Positions 13,094 to 25,503 are shown, counted from the first letter of the stretch. The stretch is DNA of 64,000 nt from Mobula hypostoma (GCF_963921235.1 NC_086098.1:5952001-6016000), one strand, 5' to 3'. Translations and numbers: made by a program. The notes: generated from the sequence alone by a model not told the origin.

Positions 13094-13870
13094 TCAATAG
13101 GTGCATTTAGTGTCAGAGAAATGTATACAATATACATCCTGAAATTCTTTTTCTTCACAAACATCCACAAAACGAAGGAGTGCCCCAAAGAATAAATGAC
13201 AGTTAAACATTAGAACTCCAAAGCACCCCCCAGCTCCCCCCTCCCACGCACAAGCAGCACCAAGGCAACAACCCACCCCGTCCCCCACCAGCAAAAAAGC
13301 ATCAGCGCCCTTCACCGAGCACTCAAGAATGCAATGAAGCATCAATAAAGACATAGACTTGCATACTTGTTCACCCAATAATTTGACACACCACTGCTCT
13401 CTCTCTCTCTCTAATAAGGGAAAAAGAGGATCACAGAGAGAGGGGAGACATAACAAACAACTCGCTGATTTCTGATGTTAAAAGTCTGTTGCGTCACTTT
13501 TTCCAAGCTCTGCGCCCAGCGAGTCGTCACCAGAAAGGTGCAGCTCTCTGGACACACGGCCCCCAGCCCCTACTCCGATGCTCCCGATGTTCCGTGTTCT
13601 CCCACAGCGCTTCCGTCAGGGGCACCAGCCTCAAATCAGCACGTCCCCACAGCCATGAAATCCCGGAACCCTGAAGGTGCACGCGTCTTCCAGGCTGTGT
13701 CCTTGGGATATTGAAAAGCGGTTGGTCGTGAGGCCCTGAGAGCGGGTCCCATTTCCACAAAGAACCAAAGTCAGCATGTAACTCCAGGTCAGGGTCTTCA
13801 AAAGAACTTTGAAAAGGTAAAACAGAGATATTAAAGATAGAAATAAAGCTGTTTCCAAAGGTGCAGGCAA
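13094..13870 (-). mobile_element. Unclassified ~780-bp non-autonomous repeat (family Y) with LINE-like 3' end
   Basis: GC/CpG-rich block inserted within another repeat; minus-strand end ...tgtatacatttctctgacactaaatgcacctattgaa; no coding homology recognised. Confidence 0.5.
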
Positions 13871-14029
13871 ATTTAGTTTAGCATAGGCAGTTTAGCACTT
13901 GTGGGCTGACCTCAGCACACCCCTAGGTGTATTGGTTGCTAACGCGAATTACGCATTTCTCTGCGCATGTGATAAGTAAATATAAATCTGATTCTGATAC
14001 TATAAATACAGCAGGTTTTAGACAATATT

Positions 14030-14640
14030 ATACATACAAAATGCTGGAGGAACTGAACAGGTCTGGCAGCACCTATGGAGGGGAAATAAACAGCTGATAT
14101 TCCAACACGAGACGCTTCTTCAGCATTGGAAAGGAAGGAGCCAGAAGCCAGAGAGGACCGCGGGAGGAGAGGAAGGAGTACAGGCTGACAAGTGTTGGTG
14201 AGATCAGGTGAGGGGGCAGGTACGTGGCTGGATGGGGGAGGGGAGTGAAGTGAGAGGCTGCGGGGTGAGGGGTGGAAAAGGTAAAAGGCTGGAGAAGAAG
14301 GAATCTGACAGGAAAGGAGAGTGGACAGTGGGAGAAAGGGAAGTAGGAGGGGCAACAGAGGGAGGTGATAGATGGGTTAGGAGCAGAGAAGGGGAAAGAG
14401 GGGAACCAGAGTGGTGAACTGAAAAGAGAGAAGGGGGAAGGCAGAAAATTTGCTGGAAGTTACAGAAGTTGATGTTCAGACATCAGGTTGGAGGCTACCC
14501 AGACAATTTCCTTTTTGAGACAATGGATTACTCTGGAGACTGAAGGGGAGGGAGGAGAATCCATAGCTGTAGAAAGAAACATCAGTTGGACTGGACGGAG
14601 AAATGGGAAATGAGAATCTGTTGTCTAAGCTAACAGACAG
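14030..14640 (-). mobile_element. Degraded Penelope 3' fragment
   Basis: catcaggttggaggctacccagac shared with GIY-YIG end at 43621; pLTR block at 14035-14090. Confidence 0.75.
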
Positions 14641-14789
14641 TGATGGGCAGAGGATTCTAACTGGTTGCATCACCGTCTAGACAGAGTGGGAAAAGCTTAG
14701 AAAAAAGTTACAAACTCAGCCAGCTGTATCATGGACATTAGCCTTCCCAGCAACAAGGACATCTTCAAAAGGCAGCAACCACATACCTA

Positions 14790-15265
14790 AGGTTGTAAAG
14801 ATGCATATAAAGTTGAAAGAGCACAGAGAAAATTTACAAGGACCTGAGTTATAAGCAACAGGTTAAGACTTTATTCCTTGAAATGTAGAAGATTAAGAGG
14901 AGACTTGATTGAGGTACAAAATTATGAGGGGTAAATGCAGACAGGCTTTTTTCACTGAGCTTGGGTGGGACTACAACTAGAGGTCATGGGTTAAGGGCAA
15001 ACGATGAAAAGTTTCAGCAGAATGAGGGAAACTTCTTCACTCAGAGGGTCGTGAGAGTATGGAATGAGCAGCCAGCACAAATGGTGCACGTGAGCTCGAT
15101 TTCAACATTTAAAATTGATGGTGGAGGTGCCATCGTGGATAGTAGGGGTATGGAGGGCTATGGTCCCGGTGCAGGTTGATGGGAGTAAGCAGTTTAAATG
15201 GTTTGGCACGGACTAGATGGGCCGAAGGGCCTGTTTCTGTGCTGTATTTTTCTATAACTCTGTGA
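14790..15265 (+). mobile_element. Old CR1 3' fragment
   Basis: TRGHGLR..FFTQRVVRVWN..GMEGYGP. Confidence 0.75.
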
Positions 15266-15294
15266 CTCATCACTAAGGACACCCTGCACAGGAC

Positions 15295-16065
15295 ACTCCA
15301 GCAGGCGGCGCGGCACGGCAGCAGTGACCTTTCGGATCTGGTGCTACTTTAATTTAGTTTTTTAGTTTAATTTTAAGGCACAATTAGGGTTTAGGTCAAT
15401 GGATAACAGAGCGACTATCTACCATCGCCAGATACTGCTACAATACAGAGATCACTCCAAAACAAACCTTCCTGAAGATCTGCTAGTTAAATTGCGCGAC
15501 CTCGGCTTGCTGAGGGAATCGGGCCCGCAGTCCTCGGAGTTGCCTGATGCCGGTGGCCGGAGGTGGGGACGTCGTAAGCTGTGTGCGAGGAAGCGGAAGT
15601 GAGGCGAGCGGGTAGGAGTCCGTGTCAGGAGAAAAGCAAACCCCAGCCAGCCAGCTCTCCCGTCCATTCTGCTCTCCAATGGACATTAAATTGGACTACA
15701 TCCGACTCCAACGAAATACTCGGTGGGAGTACAGAAACGGACGGAATCCCGGACGCCACCATTCAGCTGTTTATTTATGTAACAGTTTTCCCCCCCAAGC
15801 CATCGGACTACCAACCTACTGCCCTCTGCTGTGCCTATTGTCTTGTTTACTATTTATTGTAATACCTGCACTGTTCTGTGTACCTTATGCAGTCCTGGGT
15901 AGGTTTGTAGTCTAGTGTAGTTTTTGTGCTGTTTTACGTAGTTCAGTGTAGCTTTTGTACTTTTTCATGTAGCACCATGGTCCTGGAAAACATTGTCTTG
16001 TTTTTACTGTGTACTGTACCAGCAGTTATGGTCGAAATGACAATAAAAAGTGACTTGACTTGACT
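15295..16065 (+). mobile_element. Internally deleted Rex1/Babar-like derivative
   Basis: R/G-rich basic leader followed by tail aataaaaag(tgact)n. Confidence 0.55.
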
Positions 16066-16719
16066 TCTCATCGCTATCATCAGGAAGGAGGTACAGCAGC
16101 CTGAAGACACATACTCAATGTTTCTTTCCCTCCACCATCAGATTTCTGAATCAACAAAGAAACTATTAATGTCTTTTTGATCCCCTAATTATATATGTGT
16201 GTGTGTGTGTATACATATATATAGTTTTTGTTATTAAATAAATTAATTGTTATTTTATTATAAAATAATAATTAATTATTTAAAATTGTTTATTATTAAA
16301 TAAATACTTCCATTATTATAGTTTTTAGCTATCTTTTTACACTTTTAAAATATATACTTCTTATTGAAAATTATATTTTATTATTCTTGTTATCTATTGC
16401 AATATACTGCTACCGCAGAACAGCAAATCTCACAACACATGCCAGTGATATTCAAACTGATTCTGATTCTGAAGATATTCATCTTTTCCAGTGAGCATCT
16501 CCCTGCCCCTGATCTGCTTTGTTCTTGTCAGTTATTATTTAAGACAGCAGTTATCTCCATCATGTTGAACCATGTCCATGATTCTATGCTGCTTGAAAGT
16601 TAAATAAATTCTTTCATAAACTGCCTGGAATATACTCTCCTGCATTTCACTCTTCATTGCATTAACTGACATACTGTATCTAGAAGTCGTATTTATATTT
16701 TACAGCATGCTATTCAAGA

Positions 16720-17110
16720 GTATGTCACATCATATGACATGTGCTGTGTCGTATGATGTGGACGATCATTGTCTTTCCCTGACCATGATTGTTCTGGGTA
16801 AATGCTTCTACAGAAGTGGTTTGTTATTGCCTTCTTCTGGGCAGTGACTTTACAAGACAGCTGACGGCAGCCATCATGATTGCTCTTCAGAGATTGTCTG
16901 CCTGACGTCAGTGGCCACATAACCAGGACCTGTGATAAGCACCAGCTGCTCCAGCACTTGTTTGCACGGCTTCACGTTACGTAGATCGGGGAGGGGGCGG
17001 TGGAGAACAATGCACGTGTTACACCTCGCCCCGGATGACCTGCAGGTTAGCGGAGGGAACGAGCGCCTTATACCTCCTTTGATAGATACATATCTCCCCC
17101 TACCACCCTA
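16720..17110 (-). mobile_element. SINE-like element with RTE-type tail
   Basis: Tail resembles 17710-17843 (gaaagcaatgacaaaccacttctgtag); head matches 59790-59915. Confidence 0.6.
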
Positions 17111-17354
17111 ATGTGAAAATCAAATAATTAATCAAATAAAGACTGGGAGTGGTAATATTGTAAAATTTATACTTTCAGCACAAATGGTATTTGTAAAATG
17201 GCTGAGATAAGCAAATGTGTAATGTGGTGTCAGTGTTCATCTTAGTTGGAATTTTTAACAGCTGAGTAGATAATGCCACATAAAATGCTAACAAACATTG
17301 AAACACTGTACGGTGCATCCCGACTATCTTTCCACGCAGTTGCTGTGATATCTG

Positions 17355-17479
17355 TCGAGAGTTTTTGTTTGTCAAGCCATACGGTTCAGTAACTTGTAAT
17401 GACGCAGCAATATTGAACACTAAGGATGCAGCTTGCTGACAATTAGTTAATTTATTTCGGCTGATAGATCCACATTTCA
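17355..17479 (+). repeat. 125-bp segment duplicated in inverted orientation at 22392-22516
   Basis: tcgagagtttttg...gatccacatttca is the reverse complement of tgaaatgtggatc...caaaaactctcga. Confidence 0.95.
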
Positions 17480-17944
17480 AAATGCTTAGTGCCCTCACCT
17501 CTTGCACACCGTGCTGTGAGACCCTGGCACAGTGGCTGACCCCAGAGCTTACACAGGAGCTGGCTGAACTTGCGTAGAGAACGCTGTTTCACAAGAGCAG
17601 GCTTGCTGCAGCAGTCACTTGTTGAATAGTTCTACCTTGGGAGTTTCAAAACTGGACACAAAGGTCTGGAAAGTCCTGTTTTGCACTGTATCTCAATAAA
17701 TAAATAAATCAACAACTGGGGACACCTGTCTTGCAAAGACACCGCCCAGAGGAAAGCAATGACAAACCACTTCTGTAGAAAAACTTGCCAAGAATGATCA
17801 TGGACATGCAAAGACCATGATTGCCCGCATCATACGACCATGATACATAGAAACATAGAAACATAGAAAATAGGTGCAGGAGTAGGCCATTCGGCCCTTC
17901 GAGCCTGCACCGCCATTTATTATGATCATGGCTGATCATCCAAC

Positions 17945-20900
17945 TCAGAACCCAGCCTTCCCTCCATACCCCCTGACCCCTGTAGCCACAAGGGCCATAT
18001 CTAACTTCCTTTTAAACATAGCTAATGAACTGGCCTCAACAGTTTGCTGTGGCAGAGAATTCCACAGATTCACCACTCTCTGTGTGAAGAAGTTTTTCCT
18101 AACCTCGGTCCTAAAAGGCTTCACCTCTATCCTCAAACTGTGACCCCTCGTTCTAGACCTCCCCAACATCGGGAACAATCTTCCTGCATCTAGCCTGTCC
18201 AATCCCTTTAGGATCTTATACGTTTCAATCAGATCCCCCCTCAATCTTCTAAATTCCAACGAGTACAAGCCCAGTTCATCCAGTCTTTCTTCATATGAAA
18301 GACCTGCCATCCCAGGAATCAATCTGGTGAACCTTCTTTGTACTCCCTCTATGGCAAAGATGTCTTTCCTCAGATTAGGGGACCAAAACTGCACACAATA
18401 CTCCAGGTGTGGTCTCACCAAGGCCTTGTACAACTGCAGTAGTACCTCCCTGCTCCTGTACTCGAATCCTCTCGCTATAAATGCCAGCATACCGTTCGCC
18501 TTTTTCACCGCCTGCTGTACCTGCATGCCCACTTTCAATGACTGGTGTATAATGACACCCAGGTCTCGTTGCACCTCCCCTTTTCCTAATCGGCCACCAT
18601 TCAGATAATAATCTGTTTTCCTATTTTTGCCACCAAAGTGGATAACTTCACATTTATCCACATTAAATTGCATCTGCCATGAGTTTGCCCACTCACCCAA
18701 CCTATCCAAGTCACCCTGCATCCTCTTAGCATCCTCCTCACTGCTAACACTGCCACCCAGCTTCGTGTCATCCGCAAACTTGGAGATGCTGCATTTAATT
18801 CCCTCATCCAAGTCATTAATATATATTGTAAACAACTGGGGTCCCAGCACTGAGCCTTGCGGTACCCCACTAGTCACCGCCTGCCATTCTGAAAAGGTCC
18901 CGTTTATTCCCACTCTTTGCTTCCTGTCTGCTAACCAATTCTCCACCCACACCAATACCTTACCCCCAATACCGTGTGCTTTAAGTTTGCACACTAATCT
19001 CCTATGTGGGACCTTGTCAAAAGCCTTTTGAAAATCCAAATATACCACATCCACTGGTTCTCCCCTATCCACTCTACTAGTTACATCCTCAAAAAATTCT
19101 ATGAGATTCGTCAGACATGATTTTCCTTTCACAAATCCATGCTGACTTTGTCCGATGATTTCACCGCTTTCCAAATGTGCTGTTATCACATCCTTGATAA
19201 CTGACTCCAGCAGTTTCCCCACCACCGACGTTAGGCTAACCGGCCTATAATTCCCCGGTTTCTCTCTCCCTCCTTTTTTAAAAAGTGGGGTTACATTAGC
19301 CACCCTCCAATCCTCAGGAACTAGTCCAGAATCTAACGAGTTTTGAAAAATTATCACTAATGCATCCACTATTTCTTGGGCCACTTCCTTAAGCACTCTG
19401 GGATGCAGACCATCTGGCCCTGGGGATTTATCTGCCTTCAATCCCTTCAATTTACCTAACACCACTTCCCTACTAACATGTATTTCGCTCAGTTCCTCCA
19501 TCTCACTGGACCCTCTGTCCCTTACTATTTCTGGAAGATTATTTATGTCCTCCTTAGTGAAGACAGAACCAAAGTAATTATTCAATTGGTCTGCCATGTC
19601 CTTGCTCCCCATAATCAATTCACCTGTTTCTGTTTGCAGGGGACCTACATTTGTCTTTATCAGTCTTTTCCTTTTTACATATCTATAAAAGCTTTTACAG
19701 TCCGTTTTTATGTTCTCTGCCAGTTTTCTCTCATAATCTTTTTTCCCCTTCCTAATTAAGCCCTTTGTCCTCCTCTGCTGAACTCTGAATTTCTCCCAGT
19801 CCTCAGGTGAGCCACTTTCTCTGGCTAATTTGTATGCTACTTCTTTGGAATTGATACTATCCCTAATTTCTCTTGTCAGCCACGGGTGCACTACCTTCCT
19901 TGATTTATTCTTTTGCCAAACTGGGATGAACAATTGTTGTAGTTCATCCATGCAACCTTTAAATGCCTGCCATTGCATATCCACCGTCAATCCTTGAAGT
20001 GTCATTTGCCAGTCTATCTTAGCTAATTCATGTCTCATACCTTCAAAGTTACCCCTCTTTAAGTTCAGAACCTTTGTTTCTGAATTAACTACGTCACTCT
20101 CCATGTTAATGAAGAATTCCACCATATTATGGTCACTCTTACCCAAGGGGCCTCTCACGACAAGATCGCTAATTAACCCTTCCTCATTGCTCAAAACCCA
20201 GTCCAGAATAGCCTGCTCTCTAGTCGGTTCCTCGACATGTTGGTTCAAAAAACCATCCCGCATACATTCCAAGAAATCCTCTTCCTCAGCACCTTTACCA
20301 ATTTGGTTCACCCAGTCTACATGTAGATTGAAGTCACCCATTATAACTGCTGTTCCTTTATTGCACACATTTCTAATTTCCTGTTTAATACCAATCTCCG
20401 ACCTCACTACTACTGTTAGGTGGCCTGTACACAACTCCCACCAGCGTCTTCTGCCCCTTAGTGTTACGCAGCTCTACCCATATCGATTCCACATCTTCCC
20501 GGCTTATGTCCTTCCTTTCTATTGCGTTAATCTCTTTTTTAACCAGCAACGCCACCCCACCTCCCCTTCCTTCGTGTCTATCCCTCCTGAATATTGAATA
20601 TCCCTGAACGTTGAGCTCCCATCCCTGGTCACCCTGGAGCCATGTCTCTGTGATCCCAACTATATCATAATCATTAATAACAATCTGCACTTTCAATTCA
20701 TCCACCTTATTACGAATGCTCCTTGCATTGACACATAAAGCCTTCAGGCACTCTTTTACAACTCTCTTAGCCCTTTTTAATGCTTGCCCTGGATTTGTCG
20801 GCCTGCCACTTTTACTTTTCCCCTTTGTACTTTTTGCTTCTACGCTCACTTTACACCCCTCTGTCTCTCTGCACTGGTTCCCATCCCTCTGTTGTGAACT

Positions 20901-20960
20901 AACCTCCTCACACCTAGCCGCTTTAATTTGATTCCCACCCCCCAACCATTCTAGTTTAAA
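17945..20960 (-). pseudogene. CR1 ORF2: APE endonuclease + reverse transcriptase, single 1-bp insertion near 20393
   Basis: NARSIRNK, GITETWL, YRPPN / [44 protein letters not shown]; ORFs 20385-20945 and 17945-20434 join if one base is removed. Confidence 0.95.
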
Positions 20961-21886
20961 GTCACCTCAGTAGCCCCCGCTAATCTCCCTGCCAGGATAT
21001 TGGTCCCCCGAGGATTTAAGTGTAACCCGTCCTTTTTGTACAGGTCACACCTGCGCCAAAAGAGGTCCCAATGATCCAAAAACTTGAATCCCTGCCCCCT
21101 GCTCCAATCCCTCAGCCACGCATTTATCCTCCACCTCATCGCATTCCTACTCTTACTGTCGCGTGGCACAGGCAGTAATCCCGAGATTACTACCTTTGCG
21201 GTCCTTTTTCTCAACTCCCTTCCTAGCTCCCTATATTCTTCTTTCAGGACCTCATCCCTTTTCCTACCTATGTCATTGGTACCTATATGTACCAGGACCT
21301 CTGGCTCTTCACCCTCCCACTTCAGGATATCTTGGACACGATCAGAAATATCCCGGACCCTGGCACCAGGGAGGCAAACTACCATCCGAGTCTCTGGACT
21401 GCGTCCACAGAATCGCCTATCTGACCCCCTTACTATCGAGTCCCCTATCACAACTGCCCTCCTCTTCCTTGCCCTACCCTTCTGAGCTACAGGGCCAGAC
21501 TCTGTGCCGGAGGCAGGGCCACTGTCGCTTCCCCCGGGTAAGCTGTCCCCCCCAACAGTACTCAAACAGGAGTACCTGTTGTTAAGGGGCACAGCCGCCG
21601 GGGTACTCCCCATCACCTTCCTTTTCCCCTTCCCCCTCCTAACCGTGACCCACTTGTCTGCCTCCCGTGGCCCCGGCGTGACCACCTGCCTTCCACTCCT
21701 CTCTATCACCTCCTCACTCTCCCTGACCAGACGAAGGTCATCGAGCTGCAGCTCCAGTTCCGTAACGCGGTCCCTTAGGAGCTGCATCTCGATGCACTTG
21801 GCGCAGATGTAGACGTCCGGGAGGCTTGGAGACTCCAGGGCCTCCCACATCCGACACCGAGAACAGCAAACTGCCCTCACAGTCAT
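20951..21886 (-). CDS. CR1 ORF1 protein: CxxC zinc-finger/coiled coil + SGNH-type esterase domain
   Basis: CSRC...CAKC, heptad leucines, VIGDSIVR, CLPGARV, HIGTND, DGLHLN; likely start MTVRAV. Confidence 0.92.
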   Translation of the reverse strand: MTVRAVCCSRCRMWEALESPSLPDVYICAKCIEMQLLRDRVTELELQLDDLRLVRESEEVIERSGRQVVTPGPREADKWVTVRRGKGKRKVMGSTPAAVPLNNRYSCLSTVGGDSLPGGSDSGPASGTESGPVAQKGRARKRRAVVIGDSIVRGSDRRFCGRSPETRMVVCLPGARVRDISDRVQDILKWEGEEPEVLVHIGTNDIGRKRDEVLKEEYRELGRELRKRTAKVVISGLLPVPRDSKSRNAMRWRINAWLRDWSRGQGFKFLDHWDLFWRRCDLYKKDGLHLNPRGTNILAGRLAGATEVTLN

Positions 21887-22048
21887 AATGCCCCTCTCCT
21901 CAAATAGCAACAGAAAATGAATGTCAAACCTTCCTCGCCTCACCCGCTTCCACCTAAGCCCGGTGAGCCGAAGCCCTTAAGTCTTCACTCTGCTCCCGGC
22001 TCACTCTGCAGCCCGCAAACTACGCTGCCCGCTCTATGAGGCTCTGTT

Positions 22049-22373
22049 CCTTTTAAATCTGCCGCGCTGCACTGCCCGACGTCACACGCCTGCGCAGTCC
22101 CGCCTCTCAGAAAGCCGTTGGAGAAAAAAAAATAACGAAAATTTCAAAAATCTCTTTTTCGGCACTCCCACTCAGACTCTCAGACTCCTTCTTCGAATCA
22201 AATCCGAAGCAGGATGTCTGCCCTTTTAAATCTGCCGCGCTGCACTGCCCGACGTCACACGCCTGCGCAGTCCCGCCTCTCAGAAAGCCGTTGGAGAAAA
22301 AATTAATACCGAAAATTTCAAAAATCTCTTTTTCGGCACTCCCACTCAGACTCTCAGACTCCTTCTTCGAATC
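22049..22373 (-). promoter_or_regulatory. Tandem CpG-rich ~150-bp monomers (period ~173) in CR1 5' UTR, candidate promoter
   Basis: 22049-22199 and 22222-22373 near-identical; GGCGGGA, TGCGCAGGCG, TGACGTC, TTTAAAAG on element strand. Confidence 0.65.
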
Positions 22374-23049
22374 TATGTTTCTATGTTTCTATGAAATGTG
22401 GATCTATCAGCCGAAATAAATTAACTAATTGTCAGCAAGCTGCATCCTTAGTGTTCAATATTGCTGCGTCATTACAAGTTACTGAACCGTATGGCTTGAC
22501 AAACAAAAACTCTCGATGATGATGCAGGCATTGTGTTGGAAACAAATGGCAGGTGACGCTTGTTTGCTGGATGAAGACTGGGAGATGCCTCTCTCTGCAG
22601 GCTTGATATACGTGTAGGTTCTCATAAATATTATTGCAATTAATTATTTTTTCTGTAAATGCCTGCAAAAAATGAATCTGGAGGAAGTTTGAGGTGATGT
22701 TTACATCTTTGATAATAAATTTACTTTGACTTTAACTTTACAGTGTCATCGATCACAGTTGGTGCCCAATTCCTGCCGCTGTATACGTTCTCCGCACGGC
22801 TGTGTGGGTTTCCTCCGGATGTGCTGGTTTCCTGCAACATTCCAAAGATGTACAGTTTGGGTTAGTAAGCTGTGGATATGCCTTGGTGGCATCGGAAGCA
22901 CGGCGACAGCCGCAGTCTGCCTACAGTACGTCCCTGGTATGTGTTCGTCATTAATACAAATGGTTTCGATGTTTCAATATTCATGTGACAACAAATCTAA
23001 TCTATCTCTTTATTATTGGTAAAGCCACCAGGAAACTCAAGAGCCACAA

Positions 23050-23600
23050 GGTAATATAAATCTCTACAAATCTCTGCTTAGAACACACTTGGAGTCTTAT
23101 GTTCAGCTCTGGCCGCCTCATTATAGGAAGGACGTGGAAGCTTTAGAGAGGATACAGAGATTTACCAGGATGCTGCCTGGATTAGAGAGCATGTTTTATG
23201 AGGGTGAGTCAGGTTTTTTCTCTCTGGAGCAAAGGAGGATGAGAGGTGACTTGATAGAGGTGTACAAGATCAAAAACAGCATAGAGACTTTTTTCCCGGA
23301 GGATAACTGGCTAATATGAGCAGGCATAACTTAAAGGTGAATGAAGGAAATTTTCGGGGTGATATCAGGTGTAGTTTTGTCACACGGAAGGTGGTAGGTG
23401 CATGGAACACGTTGCCACAGATGGTGGTAGAATCAAATACATTAAGACGTTTAGAATCTCTTAGATGAGCACATAGATTATATAAAAATGGAAGGCTGTG
23501 TATGAGGAAAATGTTCGATCGATCTTGGAACTGGTTAAACTTTCGGCCCAACTTCATTGTTTGAAGAGCCTGCACTGTGCTGTGGTGTTCTATGTTCTAG
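23050..23600 (+). mobile_element. Old CR1 3' fragment
   Basis: VQLWPPHYRKDVEALERIQRFTRMLPG, RMRGDLIEVYKI. Confidence 0.8.
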
Positions 23601-23763
23601 GAAGTCTGTGTGTAATGCCAGAGAGATTAGAGCAGTTGTGGACAGAATCTGCAGATGAAAATCAGGAGTGTGCGAATGGTAGGTAGCTCAGCTCCATTCA
23701 CAGTCCTGTGTGGTCAGGTATGATATAGTATCTGATGTATAGTTCCTCATAATTTTTTTTATT

Positions 23764-24003
23764 TAGACAATAGACAATAGACAATAGGTGCAGGAGTAGG
23801 CCATTCGGCCCTTCGAGCCAGCATTGCCATTCACTGTGATCATGGCTGATCATCCACAATCAGTATCCAGTTCCTGCCTTAGCCCCATAACCTTTGATTC
23901 TGCTATCTTTAAGAGCTCTATCCATCTCTTTCTTGAAAGCATCCAGGAACTTGGCCTCCACAGCCTTCTGGGGCTGAGCATTCCATATATCCACCACTCC
24001 CTG
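23764..24003 (-). mobile_element. Short CR1 3' end (TATTGTC-tail subfamily)
   Basis: (agacaat)n tail; matches 40330-40712. Confidence 0.85.
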
Positions 24004-24009
24004 GCTGAA

Positions 24010-24262
24010 AGATACAGCACAGAATAGGCCCTTCTGGCCCTTCAAGCTCCACCACCTAACAACCCACCGATTTAACACTCATTAATCCTGGGCTTACAGT
24101 GACCAATTAGCTGACTAACCATACATCTTTGGACATGTGGGAGGAAATCGAATCACCTGAAGGGAACGTATGCAAACACAAGACATGTTTGCAGAGGACG
24201 CTGGAATTGAACTCCAACCTCTGATGCCCTGATCTGCAACAGTGTCAAACTAACTGCTATTT
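24010..24262 (-). mobile_element. V-SINE, degraded
   Basis: ctttggacatgtgggaggaaa V-domain-like core. Confidence 0.55.
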
Positions 24263-24340
24263 TACCATGATGTATTTCTTTATTTTTATGTAAATGCTTG
24301 CAAGAAAATTAATCTCAATTTACTGTACGATAACATGCAT

Positions 24341-25503
24341 ATAGAAACATAGAAACATAGAAAATAGGTGCAGGAGTAGGCCATTCGGCCCTTCAAGCCT
24401 GCACCGCCATTTATTATGATCATGGCTGATCATCCAACTCAGAACCCTGTACCAGCCTTCCCTCCATACCCCCTAATCCCTTTAGCCACAAGGGCCATAT
24501 CTAACTCCCTCTTAAATATAGCTAATGAACTGGCCTCAACTGTTTCCTGTGGCAGAGAATTCCACAGATTCACCACTCTCTGTGTGAAGAAGTTTTTCCT
24601 CATCTCGGTCCTAAAAGACTTCCCCTTTATCCTCAAACTGTGACCCCTCGTTCTGGACTTCCCCAACATCGGGAACAATCTTTCTGCATCTAGCCTGTCC
24701 AATCCCTTTAGGATTTTATACGTTTCAATAAGATCCCTCCTCAATCTTCTAAACTCCAAAGAGTATAAGCCTAGTTGATCCAGTCTTTCATCATATGAAA
24801 GTCCTGCCATCCCAAGAATCAATCTGGTGAACCTTCTTTGTACTCCCTCTATAGCAAGGATGTCATTCCTCAGATTAGGGGACCAAAACTGCACACGATA
24901 CTCCAGTTGTGGTCTCACCAAGGCCTTGTACAACTGCAGTAGTACCTCCCTGCTCCTGTACTCGAATCCTCTTGCTATGAATGCCAGCATACCATTCGCC
25001 TTTTTCACCTCCTGCTGTACATGCATGCCCACTTTCAACGACTGGTGTATAATGACACCCAGGTCTTGTTGCACCTCCCCTTTTCCTAATTGGCCGCCAT
25101 TCAAATAATAATCTATTTTCCAGTTTTTGCCACCAAAATGGATAACCTCACATTTATCCACATTAAATTGCATCTGCCATGAATTTGCCCACTCACTTAA
25201 CCTACCCAAGCCACCCTGCATCCTCTTAGCATCCTCCTCACATCTAACACTGCTGCCTAGCTTCGTGTCATCCGCAAATTTGGAGATGCTGCATTTAATT
25301 CCCTCATCCAAGTCATTAATATATATTGTAAACAACTGGGGTCCCAGCACTGAGCCTTGCGGTACCCCACTAGTCACTGCCTGCCATTCTGAAAAGGTCC
25401 CGTTTATTCCCACTCTTTGCTTCCTGTCTGCCAACCAATTCTCTATCCACATCAATACCTTACCCCCAAGACCGTGTGCTTTAAGTTTGCACACTAATCT
25501 CCT
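24341..25503 (-). mobile_element. 5'-truncated CR1 of the same subfamily as the full-length copy (open RT frame 24439-25494)
   Basis: 351-aa ORF nearly identical to C-terminus of 17945-20434. Confidence 0.95.

Larger units (their letters stand above)
17845..22373 (-). mobile_element. Full-length young CR1 LINE (5' UTR repeats, ORF1, ORF2, 3' UTR, CTATGTTT tail)
   Basis: Intact ORF1, ORF2 with one frameshift, retained CpGs, tail at 17845-17868. Confidence 0.97.

Noticed and set aside
17845..17868. Short periodic repeats (catagaaa, atgact, agacaat) as a CRISPR-like array
   Set aside because: No spacers; these are LINE 3' tail microsatellites in eukaryotic DNA.
18327..21812. Many plus-strand ORFs of 70-164 aa over the CR1
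   Set aside because: Antisense shadows of CR1 ORF1/ORF2; similar ones recur over the other CR1 copies.
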